From Octopus sinensis (Eukaryota): 64,000 nucleotides of DNA. The notes under the pieces are model-generated. The model was not told the origin of the DNA and searched no databases. It saw only the letters and a list, made by a program, of their open reading frames with translations. Shown piece after piece: positions 1-12,593 of this stretch. Position numbers and translations under genes: made by a program. The number at the start of each line of letters is the position of its first letter. The stretch's first letter is position 1. The DNA is taken from assembly GCF_006345805.1 (NCBI RefSeq), contig NC_042997.1, positions 87,668,001-87,732,000 of the forward strand. Reading direction: 5' to 3'.

Positions 1-292
1 ATTCTTTGTTTACTCATCTATGGTACACTATATATTTTCTTTTAATATATTTTAATTAATGTGTTATACAGTGCAGTACTGTATTCTATTTATTAATTTT
101 TGGGTGTGAAAATGCTTATTTACCACAGAAATAGTTAGAATCTAAAAAAATATAAATGCCTATTGACTGCAGAAACCTACGATATACTGATATATTAGCC
201 AGAAAAATCCACGATGTACTGAGTGCATGATAAGTGAACCACTATGTACTGAGTGTACAATAGGTGAACCACGATATGGCAAGGGATTACTG
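1..292. mobile_element. Right end of a Tigger/pogo-like non-autonomous DNA transposon
   Basis: Ends ...ccacgatatggcaagggattactg|TA (reverse complement TA|CAGTAATCCCT, a Tigger-type TIR); subterminal direct repeats ccac(g/t)at(a/g)tactga at 177-253. Confidence 0.6.
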
Positions 293-296
293 TATA

Positions 297-630
297 ACTA
301 GGATGGCTCAGTGGTTAGAGCATCAAGCTTACAATCATGAGGTTGTGAGTTAGAATCCCAGACTGGGCTGCATGTTGTGTTCTTGAGCAAGACACTTTCT
401 TTCACGTTGCTCCAGTTCACTCAGCTGTAGAAATGAGTTACAACGTCACAGGTGCCAAGTTGTATCGGCCTTTGCCTTTCCCTTGAATAACACTGGTGGT
501 GTGGAGAGGGGAGACCGGTATGCATGGGCGACTGCTGGTCTTCCATAAACAACTTACCTGGACTTGTGCCTGGGAGAGTAACTTTCTAGGTGCAATCCCA
601 TGGTCTGTGTCGTGACCGAAGGGGGTTTCA
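297..630 (+). mobile_element. tRNA-derived SINE, family A
   Basis: A-box-like tggctcagtggttagagc, B-box-like gagttagaatccc, then cttgagcaagacact...gtgaccgaaggggg; other copies at 1105, 30056, 56398, 59972. Confidence 0.85.
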
Positions 631-793
631 AGGAAGGTGTACATGCAGAAAATGTATTTAAAAATTTGAAACTGGTAAAGTAAATTAATGCATTTGTAAT
701 ATTTCTGTGAAAATATACTGTCTTTGTTTCAATTGATTGTAAAAGTAATCAAGTATTTAGTAAAATAACATTGTCGTTATTAAGCTGTTGGCA

Positions 794-1084
794 GCACTAT
801 CTTAAGGCATAGGTACACTGGGCAGTTGCCCAGGGTCCCTGTAGATCTATCGAGTCAATTCTGATCTACGTATACTGTGGATTGCTCAGTCTGGGAATTG
901 AACTCAGTACCTCATGATTGTGAGCCTGACACTGTAATCACTGAGCCATGTACCTTCACCAGGAATGCATATTAACATGAAATTTTGATGATTGGCTTTA
1001 ATTTAGTTCACTTTAAACAAATAAATACTATAGGCTCCAGTGCATTGATTTGCTCAGGGGTCTATAATGTTAGTAAGATGGCCT
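794..1084. mobile_element. MITE with GGGCCGTCTTAA-type TIRs
   Basis: Left gcactatcttaaggcatagg, right gtaagatggcc; related copy at 24479-24628. Confidence 0.5.
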
Positions 1085-1104
1085 TATTGTAAAGAATGTA
1101 TAAA

Positions 1105-1445
1105 GGGTAAAGACTCTCTTCAGTCATGAATGACCATAGTTATTGCACCTAGAAAGTTACCCTCCAAGGTACAAGTCTGGGTAAAGTTGTTTATGGAAGA
1201 CCAGTCATTGCCCAAGGATACCAACCTTGCCACTCCATGCCACCGATGTTAACCAAGGGAAAAGCAAATGCTAATACAGCTTGGCACCAATGATGTCACA
1301 ACTCATTTCTACAGCTGAGTGAACTGGAGCAACATGAAATAAAGTGTCTTGCTCAAGAACAAAACATGCAACTTAGTCCGGGAATTGAACTCACTACCTC
1401 ATGATTGTGAGCCCAATGCTCTAACCATTGAGCCATGCAGCTTTA
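1105..1445 (-). mobile_element. SINE family A
   Basis: Reverse complement of 297-630 over its whole length. Confidence 0.85.
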
Positions 1446-1815
1446 CCAGGAATGTATATTAACATGAAATTTTGATAGATGGTTTTAATTTAGATCACTT
1501 TAAAATAGTAAGTTTGTATCATAGAACCAAGGACAGTCTCAGATCAGTTCATATTAAATGAATTGAAGAATTTAAATTTTTATTGATGAGAAAAATTTTA
1601 GTTTCACATATGCAATATGAATATCATTCTGAAGAGTGACTCAGTAAAATCACTCAATATTTTGTATGATTTTGTATTTAAATTTTATGTTTTTGGTTAT
1701 TATATGTTTTTTATTTTTTGTGTTGGTTGATTTTAATATTGTGCTGTCATCAAGTATGCTTCAGTTTTCACATTGAGCTCTGAACTTTTGACTCAGTGTT
1801 GTGTGTATTTTAAAT

Positions 1816-3250
1816 CAGGCATGGGGGACCTTTTCCAAGAAGTGAGCTGTATGAAGCATGGTTCATCATCAGATGGGCCACACTATTAAAAAATTCAAGA
1901 TAATTTTTAGACATGTTATTCAGAAAGTCTTTCAGGTTGCAGTTTGCTCATGACTGTTTAAGATAAATTAAAGTTTATCATTATTGGCCAGCTAACAGTT
2001 TTCCTTTCTATCTCCTAAGTAAGCCATTTATTTTATTTTCTATATTCATGTTCTATTTATACCTGTTGGTATAACAATTGCACCACCACCACCAACAACA
2101 AATGAAGTGTGAGGTGACTGAGATGAAGCTATGGGAAAGTGAAACATGAAGGAAGAATATAAGGGAAAAGAAACAGTTCCAGCCTCATTTTACTCATTTG
2201 AATTCAGAAGTTGTTGGGGAGTGTTGCATGATAATACAGATATTGAATTTGTGACAAGTTCATCAGCATGCAGTACTAAGTTTTCATCCTACATGAACTG
2301 TCAGCCTTATCTGTTCCATCGTTTCTGGATTATAGAGCTACAGTAGATGGTATCTAACGACAACAGAAGCCATGTTGTTAGAGCTATCTTTGTTACAAAT
2401 TATCTAGCTGATGTTGTTCCAATACTCTCAAATGCTAAAATGAAATCCTGCTTTGACATTTATTTGATGGGTAAAAGGAGGTGTTACCAATGACAGCCCA
2501 AATAATCACAATATCAAGAGTCATGTTAACACCCAAATCATGTGCTTCTATTATTATATTATTTCTACTATTTCAAGCATTTCTCTTTAATTCAGCAAAT
2601 GTTTCTTGCAAGAATTTTTCCCTCCAGTATCTCATTTAATTGGTTAAGAATTAACGGAAACATTGTAGAGGTGAAAAAATTGTAATTTATTTGAAACTTC
2701 TATCAATTGAATGCATTTATTTTTGTAAAGTTACTGCTGGGAAATAGATATTGTGAAGACATTCAAGTTTTAAGCAGAATGTATTTGCTAATTTTCAGAT
2801 CAAAACACAACTTGGACAATGTCAAATGAATAAATCTCTAAGTACAAAAAAATAAAAAACCCAACAATATTGTTAGAAATTATAATACATAATCAGAAAA
2901 TTGAAAAAATGTAAAATAGATATTTTTTTTAATATATAAATGATAAATATTTCTTTTTCAAAGACTAATCATGATTAGAAATGCCAATCTTTTAAGGCAA
3001 ATCCTTACAAGAAAAATACCATGTAAATGTATCTCAATTAAATTTAAACAATATATTTTTGGCAGCCATTGGTGTATAAACTGCAAGAGAAATTTCTCAA
3101 ATGAAACATGGTGTATCTAATGTAACATCAAGGAATGTGAATGGCTCCAAAAAATAAAATGTTTTTCAGGGAAATATAAAATATTTTCTTATTCATAATA
3201 ATTAATTGCTAACATAATTTCTTTCTAAAAGTTTCATATTTGTTATAAAG
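1816..3250 (+). mobile_element. Possible highly decayed hAT (Charlie/SPIN-like) transposon
   Basis: hAT-like start caggcatgggggacctttt...gggccacac; weak peptide echoes of GTF2IRD2-type transposase (C-EDIQVL...KH at ~2750; MAPKNKMFFREI at ~3140); no right TIR found. Confidence 0.25.
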
Positions 3251-5190
3251 GTATAAAATTTATTGGAAATGTTACTAAACAAATAATTACTGAAACAAGA
3301 AATGAAATAGTTCAATAAGCTAGAGGCAGTAGATTTGATAAAAATCATTCACTGTATTGGTAGCTTTAAGTATTGATATCATCAAAATTTGTAAAAATAA
3401 ATAAAACAAGATAATGGAAAACTCATAGTTTCATCAAAGAGAAGTTCTGGAAAAACAAAATACTATATTTGATATAATAGAAAATACTGCTGGAAGCCTC
3501 ACAGCAAGAGGTTAGATGTGAAGATATTGCTGTATGGATATATTCTATAATATATTGTAATAATCTCAGAGCAAAAGGAAAATTATGCAAAATCTGATAG
3601 CAGAAAATTGTCATGCGCCATTGTGATAGTATCACTATGAACAAGAAAATATAGATATTCTAATATAATAATAATTTCTTGTACAAGAAGTTTCAATCTT
3701 TAGAAAATGAGAACATCAGAATTTATGATGTTCATGCTTTTCTCAATACACTTCTTCACGAAAAGTAAACTAATTCAATTTGAAATCAAAATTAAGTCAT
3801 GAACTGGGCCATTCATAGTGATTCATCTTTGTCTGTCTGTGTGTTTGTTTCTGTTTCTGTCTGTGTCTCTCTCTCTTTCTCTCTCTCTCTCTCTGTGTCA
3901 CACACACACACACACACACATGTTATGTAATGTCATTTACAAACAAAGTAGAGAACAGAACTTGAATGAGAATAATAATACAAATCTACATGATATTAAT
4001 GCAACTTGATTGATTAATATGTATTAATTCTGTCTGTTAGCTTACAAATATATAAAAAAAATTAGCCACAGATGAAATTAATCTTCTCTCTTCATTCAGT
4101 TTAGAAACATATGCTTATCACACCCTCATCTTAAAACTAAACTGAAATTTATATTAGCGGGTGTTTTCTTAATAATATAATATACAGTAATACTTCGGTA
4201 TACAAGTTATTTTACAGGTCACCTGTAAAGTGAAAACTCATAAATCAGAGCAATAATTTCCCATAATAGCAATCTTATAAATCATAAATCGTTCCCAGAA
4301 AAATATTTTACCTGTAAAATTTATGATACTTGTAAATAAATGGCAATAAACCAACAGTAGAATGTAAAGAATATTTTATATAAAGTAAAAAGAATGTCAA
4401 GATCATCTAATATACAAAATAGAGATGTGTATGTATTCACTTTTCATGCAAAAACGGCTTCACCAGTTGCTTCCATACTTCCAATGCATGAATAATTCCA
4501 CCTTGGACAAGTTATTAGCTGTTTATTTGATTTTTTAATTTAAAATTATTAAAAATAAAAAATATTGCTTTTTATATTACATTCACGTCTTTGAAAGTTT
4601 TTAAAATATTGACTTCCAGTTTTCTAGCGTCAGTGACATAAAATATCTCTTTATGTATGTCTCTCTATCCATCTCCTTTATCTAGCTCTATCTCTCTGTA
4701 ACAATCTCTCTATCTATATCCCTTGTTTTCACTTTCAGTTTTCAGACGCTATTCTTTTCCCTTTCAATTTTTCTTGCGCCATTGTTTAACTTCCATATTA
4801 CTGTTTTCAATGTAAGTCTAAGCTTTCTATCGCTTATTTGCAAACAATGACAAATTACAGACAGAAAGAAGTTCACAATTACTGATGCAAGTAATTTTAT
4901 GATTTACTGACAGAAGTATCTTCATAAATTTCATTTCAATCCGTACGGTTTTGTGTTTCTCTGTTGTTGACGGTTTCTTGATGGTTCCTTCGATACTGGC
5001 GCTTTGGTTCACTAAGTGACAAATTTCACTTCAACCTGTACGTTACTTGATTTTTTGTTAAAATTTCATATTTACTTTCTGCCTGTCGTATTAAGAAATA
5101 TAATAACCGTTACCAAGTTACTTTCATTGCACTCGTGTATTTCTGTAGACATATATAATGATGCCTAGGAGGAAAGTGTTAAACTTATCA

Positions 5191-6262
5191 GCATAACTAC
5201 AGATTTCTGTCCCCCACCCATATACAAACTTTTGTGGGGTAATTTTTTTTGGAGTGGGTGGGGAATTTCAGAAAATTCACCGGAGTCCACTTCAATTCGT
5301 CTTCACTTTCAAGAAAATGGATATTTTTTAATGAAATTCTCTACAAATATACCTCAGACTATGTAGACTCTAATGCCAGGAATTAGGTGGGGAGACAATT
5401 GGGGGTTACTTTTCAGACCTGTTCCCCACTCGGTGTGTGTTTCCGAACAAGTCGTCCATATTTCTTTCATTTTCTCCGTTTTGTTCGTTTGTGCATCCAT
5501 AGATTTCTACTGAAGCAACAAACAGGCAATGAAGGCAAACGAAGCCCTCACCAGAAAACTCGTTTTGCTAAAAATAACATCAAAAGGTCTTGTACACAGA
5601 AATATGTTACTAAGACGACCTATCTGGGATGTAATCTTTCTCACTGGAAAAAACTAGATCCCTTATCTGTTGCATATGATTTTTTTCTCCCAATTTCAGT
5701 AAATTCCCGAGTAAACGTTTCTAATAGAAAGGCAGAAGACACCAGAAGCAAAAATAGTGAATATACACGCACAGTTAAATATAGAAGTGTAAAGTATAAT
5801 AAATAAAATATTGAATGGAATAAGTCCCCGTTCGAACATTTTTAATTACGTGTGTGTGTGTGTGTTAGAAATGTACGGATGCACAAACGCACAAAACGGA
5901 GAAAAGGAAACAAATCGAAACACCACCCTCCAGGTGGGAGAACAGTTCTCAAAAGTAACTCCCACTTATTTTCCTCCAAAATTCCTTTGTCCTCGGAATC
6001 TACATAGTCCAAGGTATATTTGTAGAGAATTTCATTAAAAAAAAAATAACCATTTTCTTGAAAGTTAAGACGAATTGAAGTGGACTCCGGTGAATTTTCA
6101 GAAATCCCCCCCTCCTAAAACATTTACCCCAGTAAAATTTTGTATTTGGGAATCTACATGATATAACACACGTTCATAGAAAATTTTATTAAAAAATATC
6201 CATTTCTCTGAAAGTTATGATCATCCAAAGTCAGGGGTGGGGAGAGAAATCTGTACTTACGC
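5191..6262. mobile_element. Long-TIR foldback-type non-autonomous DNA element
   Basis: 5191-5510 is the reverse complement of 5866-6262 (e.g. gaaaattcaccggagtccacttcaattcgtc / gacgaattgaagtggactccggtgaattttc); ~350-bp spacer; the right arm has an extra diverged ~85-bp subterminal repeat. Confidence 0.85.
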
Positions 6263-6279
6263 AAATTTGTCTACAATAT

Positions 6280-7882
6280 CAAGGTCAGCCAAAAGCATGT
6301 CCAGGGAAAGAGAGATAGCTGCAGAAAGGGAAGCATACAGAACTACAAAAGTCAAAGCATCTCAAAGGGGTGAATAGAGGTATGCATGACTGACAAGGAA
6401 TAGGATCGCAACTGCTGAACAAAGATCTGTTGCAACAGCTCAGAGAAGCAACTTCTATGAAGCAGCTTTCAATTGTAATCCAGCAGTTCATTATGCAGAT
6501 GACACTAGACTTTCCATTGGTGCAATGACAACTGAGTGCATACATTGTAAAGCATGGAAGTGTCCTGGAGAGACACCTGCACTGTGCTGCAGTGGTGGAA
6601 AGGTTAAACTCCCTGCAATCCACCAACCTCCAGTGCTATTGAAGAAACTGTTTTCATCAATTGACCAAGATTCCAAGCACTTCCAAAACAAAATTAGACA
6701 TCATTTGGAGTCACAAGAGATATAACTGAACCAGGATTCATGCAAACTTTCAGGATCAAAGGTCAGATTTATCAACAGATTGGCTCTCTACTACCTCTAT
6801 CAAATGAATCACCAAAATTCCTTCAAATATATTTTATGGGTGATTCTCAACAAGAAAGGCAAGAGAGGTGCAAGAATATTTCCGGCATCAGGGTGAACAT
6901 TGTAGTATCTCTACAAAAGATGCTGCATAACAACAACAACCTGATCAGAAGCTTCAAGACTGCACTTGAAAAAATTCCACCTGACTTTCTGGATTAAAAG
7001 ATACTTATCAGATCAGACAAGAAACCATCTGGTCAACATGGAGGGAGGTTTAATGCACCAACAGCAAATATAAATAGCTGTACTTCTGGTTGGGCAAGAA
7101 CATGACAAGTGTGGCATTGTCATCCATCTCAGAGGCAGCACACTGACAGACACAGTCCAACTACAAATGGAAGCTCCCAAAAATACCACACTCACAGCAT
7201 TCTTCAAGCTCTGTTAAATTGATTGAATTTGCTACAAGACTGCTATACAATGAAGTTCCACAATTCTATACCTGGTACCAAAATAAATGGAAAAGACATG
7301 CAAATGGAACACCCACACAGGAATCTAGAAATCAGACACACTTTGCAGAGTCTGTGTTATTCATCTCAACTACTAAGAGTGCTACTATCTAAAGCTTCTA
7401 TTACACCATGTTAAGGGATACATATCATTTACAGCTTTATGTATGGTTAATAACACAGTATGTCAAATATATTGCCAGGCTTGCTGTCTCAGAGGTCTTC
7501 TGGAAGATGATGCACACTGGGATGTCACTTTGACTGAGGCACAAATGTACAAGTCTCCTATGCGGCTGAGAAACCTCGTCTCTATCATAGCAACATGATG
7601 GGTGACAATGTCTTCATTCCAAGGATATCTCTCATCTCAAATGATCTCCCGTTTCAGTTCAAGAGACTGCAGTTTCATGTCAAACTTAGATTTGCAATGT
7701 CTATCAACAAAGCACAAGGTCAATCTCTAAATGTGGTGGGACTTAACTTCCTTCAACCTTGCTTCTCACATGGTCAGCTGTATGTTGGATGTTCCAAAGC
7801 TGGAGATGAAAAGAACTTCTACATTCTCAGTGATAAACATGGCAAGAGAGAGAACACAGTATATGAAGAAGCACTTACATGA
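6280..7882 (+). pseudogene. Helitron RepHel (zinc finger, Rep N-terminus, PIF1-like helicase C-terminus), frameshifted and with a large internal deletion
   Basis: AAFN...IGAMTTECIHCKA...CCSGGKVKL; FRIKGQIYQQIGSLLP...PKFLQIYF; GRFNAPT; ECYYLKLLLHHVKG...GLLEDDAHW; FQFKRLQF.VKL.FAMSINKAQGQSL...CFSHGQLYVGCS. Confidence 0.92.
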
Positions 7883-8436
7883 ATAGTAGGTCCATGTCAT
7901 ATACAAAAGTGGAAAACCATTGAGTGTTAAAGTATTACTATTATACTTTCACTTTTTGACTGACATGTGTGAATGTATAGCTGTGTGTATAAAAGTGAAA
8001 CAATAACGTGATATATTTGCTGTGTGTGTGTGTGTATTCTATGCACGGCCTTTCATTGTTTATAATCTGTACATGTTTTTGGTTACGAAATAAATTACAC
8101 AAACATGTATTTACTTTATATACATATATGAGTTGAAAACTTTCTTTTCACATGTCACTTAACGTCTATGTTCCATGTTAGCATGGGTTACAGAGTCACG
8201 TAGAAAGTTGGTATCGCAGCTACTAGCAGTTGAGACTTGTGTATTTTTGCTAGTTTATAATAAAGCATATTATTATAATCGTTTTTTGAATCACTTTCCC
8301 CATGCACTAGACTCACGCACACCATCACTGGTAGATGTGATTGCTGATTCACATGCACTCATATAAGGACTTGAAAAACAAGTCTAGAGTTGTTTACTTT
8401 GAGAAGCTTTTTTTTTCCCTCTTGAAATTTCTTGGT

Positions 8437-8634
8437 AACGGCACGTAAAAAGCACCCACTACACTCACGGAGTGGTTGGCGTTAGGAAGGGCATCCAGCT
8501 GTAGAAACATTGCCAGATAAGACTGGAGCCTGGTGCAGCCTTCTGGCTTCCCAGATCCCCGGTCGAACCGTCCAACCCATGCTAGCATGGAGAACGGACG
8601 TTAAACGATGATGATGATGATGATGATGATGATG
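8437..8634 (+). mobile_element. 5'-truncated SINE/LINE-tail element, family B, young copy
   Basis: ggcacgtaaaaagcacccac...ggaagggcatccagctgtagaaac...gcatggagaacggacgttaaac(GAT)n; CpGs retained. Confidence 0.85.
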
Positions 8635-9087
8635 CAGAAGCATTTGTTATTGTAGTAGAAACTTTTGTACTTCATTGAAAATTTGGATCTTGTGCTTGAA
8701 AAATAAAACTCATAAAGCAGGTCCTTGTAAAGTGAGGTATTACTGTATTTAATAAATTTTGAGGTATGTGTTTATGGGCCACACAATTTTTTAAAGGAAC
8801 ATAAAACATATCCCTAAAAAAAAAGAAAACAGTTAGAAGACTATTACCTATGTTTACAGGTAGTTGCTTAACTTTTAGTTACTGTAATGAAATCCTCTAT
8901 AGATTGGCATATCCTCAGATTATGTGCAGCCAGTAATAAATGATTGTGATAAGCATCCCCAAAATTTATTGGAGATCATTAAACCAGTAATAAACTATGA
9001 TTTAAGCTACATTAAACAGATGGGAGGAAATTTCCATTGGATATCAATATATTGAAGCTAATATTTCTAATGAAATGTGTATGTATT

Positions 9088-9291
9088 TGTAATAAGCTCA
9101 TAATGATAATGAAAACTTGGTGGCTGCTTTCCAAGCTTTAATCAACTCAGTTATTTAGTTGCAGTTCAGAATATTATGTTATATCATGTTATATTGCTAT
9201 GTCTCCTAAGCTACTTTCAATCATACTATTCAGTCCCAGTTGTAAGTATGGAAAGCCATTGGTATGCACATTAAATAGTAGTAACATTACA
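9088..9291 (-). repeat. 3' LTR of the gypsy element
   Basis: TGTAAT...ATTACA termini; homologous to 12594-12842. Confidence 0.85.
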
Positions 9292-9639
9292 CCTTTCCCT
9301 TTTAGAAAAGAAAATCTTCAACATCTAACAATTTTATGGGATTACTCCAAACCTTATCAATGGGAAAGTTTTGGTACATTCCTGGATCTCATCAGTTCCT
9401 GCAGAGCTATTGTTTCATCATTCTTCATACTGTTGCATGCCATATCTTCTTTATCATTCGGTCCTAGAATTCAAGTTTCTTTTATTTTGTTCCACAACAT
9501 AAATTGTCTGGGCTTCAGGACAACATGCCAATTCACAAACAGAAACTGTAGACTCCCATCCATCTGGGTATCTGATATTTGCTCAAGTTTGATTATTGTC
9601 AAGGAGCTCAACTTGATTTACTAATAATGGTTTGTTCTT

Positions 9640-12585
9640 GTTATTCCTCCTGAATTTCCTCTGGAGTACTGGTCCAAGAGTCATTGGCCAGGAGGGCAGC
9701 AAATTTAAATTGGAACAGCTACATTCATGGGGTGATCTTATGGAGTGTAGTACCTAAGGAAGCTGTGATTCTTAATGTTTCTCATAATGATTAAATAATG
9801 TAAGGGCCAAACTGACCACCTTCCATATGATACCACTGAACCGCTCTGTCTATTCACAATAGGATGATATGGAGTAGCTTGATTTGTGGAACCTCCTTGT
9901 GGGAAAGATAATCCTTTAAATTCCTGGACATGAATGATGTGCTTCAGCTGAAGTATATATAAAGCAGCATTTCATATAAGCTAAATAAGAGATCCAGATA
10001 TCTAACCAGTGTTGTATGTGTATTCAGACATGAAAAAACTTAGGAGAAATGTGAGTGTTCATCAATTATTGTAAATAAATATGAATTATATGAAACAGTA
10101 GGCAAAGATTCCTTGAACTCCGTACTAATCTGTTCCATAAGCTTTGTTTCTTTGATAACAGTTCCATCTACATGGTGATAGGAGTGAGGATTTTATTCAC
10201 CACAGACCCTACAAAAAGCACAAGTCTTCCTCACATCTTCTGCAAAGAAGGGGAGATTCCTTGCTATAACAAAAAAATACAGTAGCTGAGTTATTCCTGG
10301 ATGATATAGTCCATTGTGGAGACACTAAATGTGGAGGTAGTAAAAACTGAATGAGTCTATGTTTGTGTTAAAGACTATATTCCCTTATCAGGATGATATT
10401 TCATTGCATAGCTAAATGCCGCAAGTTCCAACTGTCATTCATGGATTTTTGTATTCTTTATCTTTGCATGTTTTCTATTGTCAAGCATAAAGGCCACTGA
10501 CATCTGACCAGTGACCAAGCTAAAATGGCATAATGCCAGATAATGGCTCCAGTTTTGCACTGCTTCAATAATAGCTGTTGCTTCTTTCTCTATAGTGTGA
10601 TATTGTGTTATTTCCTTTCTTGTAGTGTCATTGATATGAACACTGCAGACAATCCTCCTTGATTAAAGATGGCCAAAAATCTTCATATTTACTGAATCAC
10701 ACTCTACCTCAAAGGGTAAGTTTTCATCCATTGAGTGCAAGGTGGCTTCCTCGCCTTCCTTCTTTAGCACGTTAAAGATGCTCAGAGTCTTCTTTTCCAA
10801 TGGAAATTTAGTGTTTATTAATGGTTGAAATTGATCAGAAAACCCACAGAACCATTTGGCATATTATGCAAGTATCCTGAGTGTCCTTAAGAATCATAGG
10901 TTTTTCTGAAGATAGATTTTCATGGAGTGGGTGCTATCTCACAGAATTTGGCTTTATGATGCCATTCCCCTCAAAACATGCAAGAACATTAATTGAATCT
11001 TCAGTATTCAAAATTATAGGGTTGTGAAGTTGTAGATTTCTCCAATCGATGACCTTCAGAAATTCCTCTACATTTTGGTCATGCTCCTCCTGTGCATGCC
11101 CAATAATAATTATTTTATCAAGATAAGAGAAGGCACTGTGCAACTTTTCATCTTTCACTACCCCACCCATAGCTTGTTGGAAAGCAGCTATCCAATTTGT
11201 GATGACAATCAAAATACTAAAGTACTGAAACAGACATTCCTTGGCCTCAAAAGCCGTGTTTTCTGTCAAACTCTTGAGATCTATTGAGAACATCAGATGG
11301 TACCATCACGTTTCCAACAAAGAATGCATCAGCTTACAGCTTCCCACCTCATAGCTATCTGTTGCATGCACTGGTATGGATGTGTCCTCTGTCTCCTACT
11401 AGATAGTCCAATGAGAGCTTTATTGTCATTTGGTGCAGCAGCTGTTGGCTGGAAGAAGCCTCATGACTGGTTCCACACCAGGTCGCTTAATGTGATTGGA
11501 GAAGATATCCAGAGGCTCAAAAACACTTTGGAAAATGCAAAGGGGCTGGCATGGGACTTCCAGCAATGGAGAGCACTGGTGGACCTGCCGGTGTCTTTGG
11601 GACCACTAACCTGGAATCACCTCAGCCCCATCAAGCAAGAGCATGAAGCAAGCAAACATTCTCTATTGCCATCTGGGCTCACCATATGAATATGCTCACT
11701 TCAATTATACTTTCTGAGAGTAAATGGTCAAATTCCCTGCAATGAAGTCTTGAACATCTTTGCTAAAATGCTTTGATTTAACAGTATTTGGCTTACAACT
11801 TGCTATATTTTTCTTTTACCTTTCACTTATTTCAGTCATTAAATTGTGGCTATGCTGGGGCATCACCCTGAAGAAATTTTAGTCAAATGAATTGACCTCA
11901 GTACATTACTTTCTCCTTATTTCTCCTTAAGTACAGTACTTATTCTATCAGTTTCATTTAGTGAACTGCTAAATTATGGGGATGTAAACACACTAACACC
12001 AGTTGTCAAGCAGTGGTGGTGGGGAGCAATCACACACATGCATGTACACACACACACACACACAGAGGCTTCTTTCAGTTTCAATCTGTCAAATCTACTC
12101 ACAAGGCTTTGATTGGCCCAAGGCTATAGTAGAAGACACTTGTCCAAGGTACCATACAGTGGGACTGAACCCAGAAGCATGTGGTTGTGAAGCAAACTTC
12201 ATACCAGACAGCCATGTGTATTTTACCATTTTTGCTGCAGAAGTTCTCCACATGATCTACAGTTAATTTGGACAGGGGCCCACCAGATATTGACACAAGA
12301 AATCTTGACCAATTACCACAAACTGCCAAGCTGTGTGGCCATGTAAAACTGGTTATTTATGCCAAGAGTTAGGACCACAACAACATTGCTCTTGGAACAG
12401 ATATTTTAAGTTGGAATTTTCACATCCTTCTGTGTACTCAAAGATGCTGGAGCTCTTGCAAGCTAGTAGGGTTCTGTATTTTTTTGAATTCTCTCTAAGT
12501 AATATCTAATATAAAATATACTAATGATGTTTAGTAAGCTAGGGTCAATATCTAAGCATTTAGGTCTCCACACAATTTCCTTGCT
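9640..12585 (-). pseudogene. gypsy gag-pol remnants
   Basis: gag RPKCLDIDP..SSIFEYTEGCEN (~12560-12420); RT FSIDLKS..TAFEA..YLD..HDQNV (11300-10934); RNase H IEKEATAIIEAV..SVAFMLDNRK; integrase HPGITQL..LFTIIDEHS..TPYHP. Confidence 0.88.
11815..12228 (-). mobile_element. tRNA-derived SINE, family C (bipartite, internal TA/TG microsatellite)
   Basis: Head ...ccttggacaagtgtcttctactatagcc, (TG)n, tail gatagaataagtac...atgactgaaa; inserted inside gag. Confidence 0.85.
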
Positions 12586-12593
12586 TAAATTTG

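Larger units (their letters stand above)
700..1560 (-). mobile_element. Fragmented piggyBac-like (TTAA) MITE interrupted by a SINE and another MITE
   Basis: Pieces 700-791 and 1447-1560 match the reverse complement of the MITE copies at 38590 and 40255 (aaaatttcatgttaa...ttattttactaaat). Confidence 0.5.
5161..8253 (+). mobile_element. Internally deleted Helitron
   Basis: Possible ORF start MPRRK at 5161, Rep/helicase remnants 6280-7882, candidate 3' end CTAG|T at 8250-8254 (termini less certain than the coding remnants). Confidence 0.85.
4185..8745. mobile_element. Tigger-like element split by nested insertions
   Basis: TA|CAGTAATACTTCGGTATACAAG at 4183 and CTTGTAAAGTGAGGTATTACTG|TA at 8724-8747 are matching imperfect TIRs with TA target duplication. 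Confidence 0.65.

Noticed and set aside
297-370. tRNA-like sequences at SINE heads (also 16583, 25855, 30640 and others)
   Set aside because: A/B boxes are present but there is no complete cloverleaf, and each continues into a SINE body; these are not tRNA genes.
1620-1672. CTGAAGA followed by a gagtga/tcactc hairpin, hammerhead-like
   Set aside because: No GAAA box after stem II and no convincing helix III or stem I.
5387-5806. 139-aa ORF within the foldback element
   Set aside because: No transposase or other motifs; it overlaps the TIR.
9199-9624. 141-aa plus-strand ORF and the 130-aa ORF at 11297
   Set aside because: Antisense to the gypsy LTR/integrase and gag regions; no independent coding signal.
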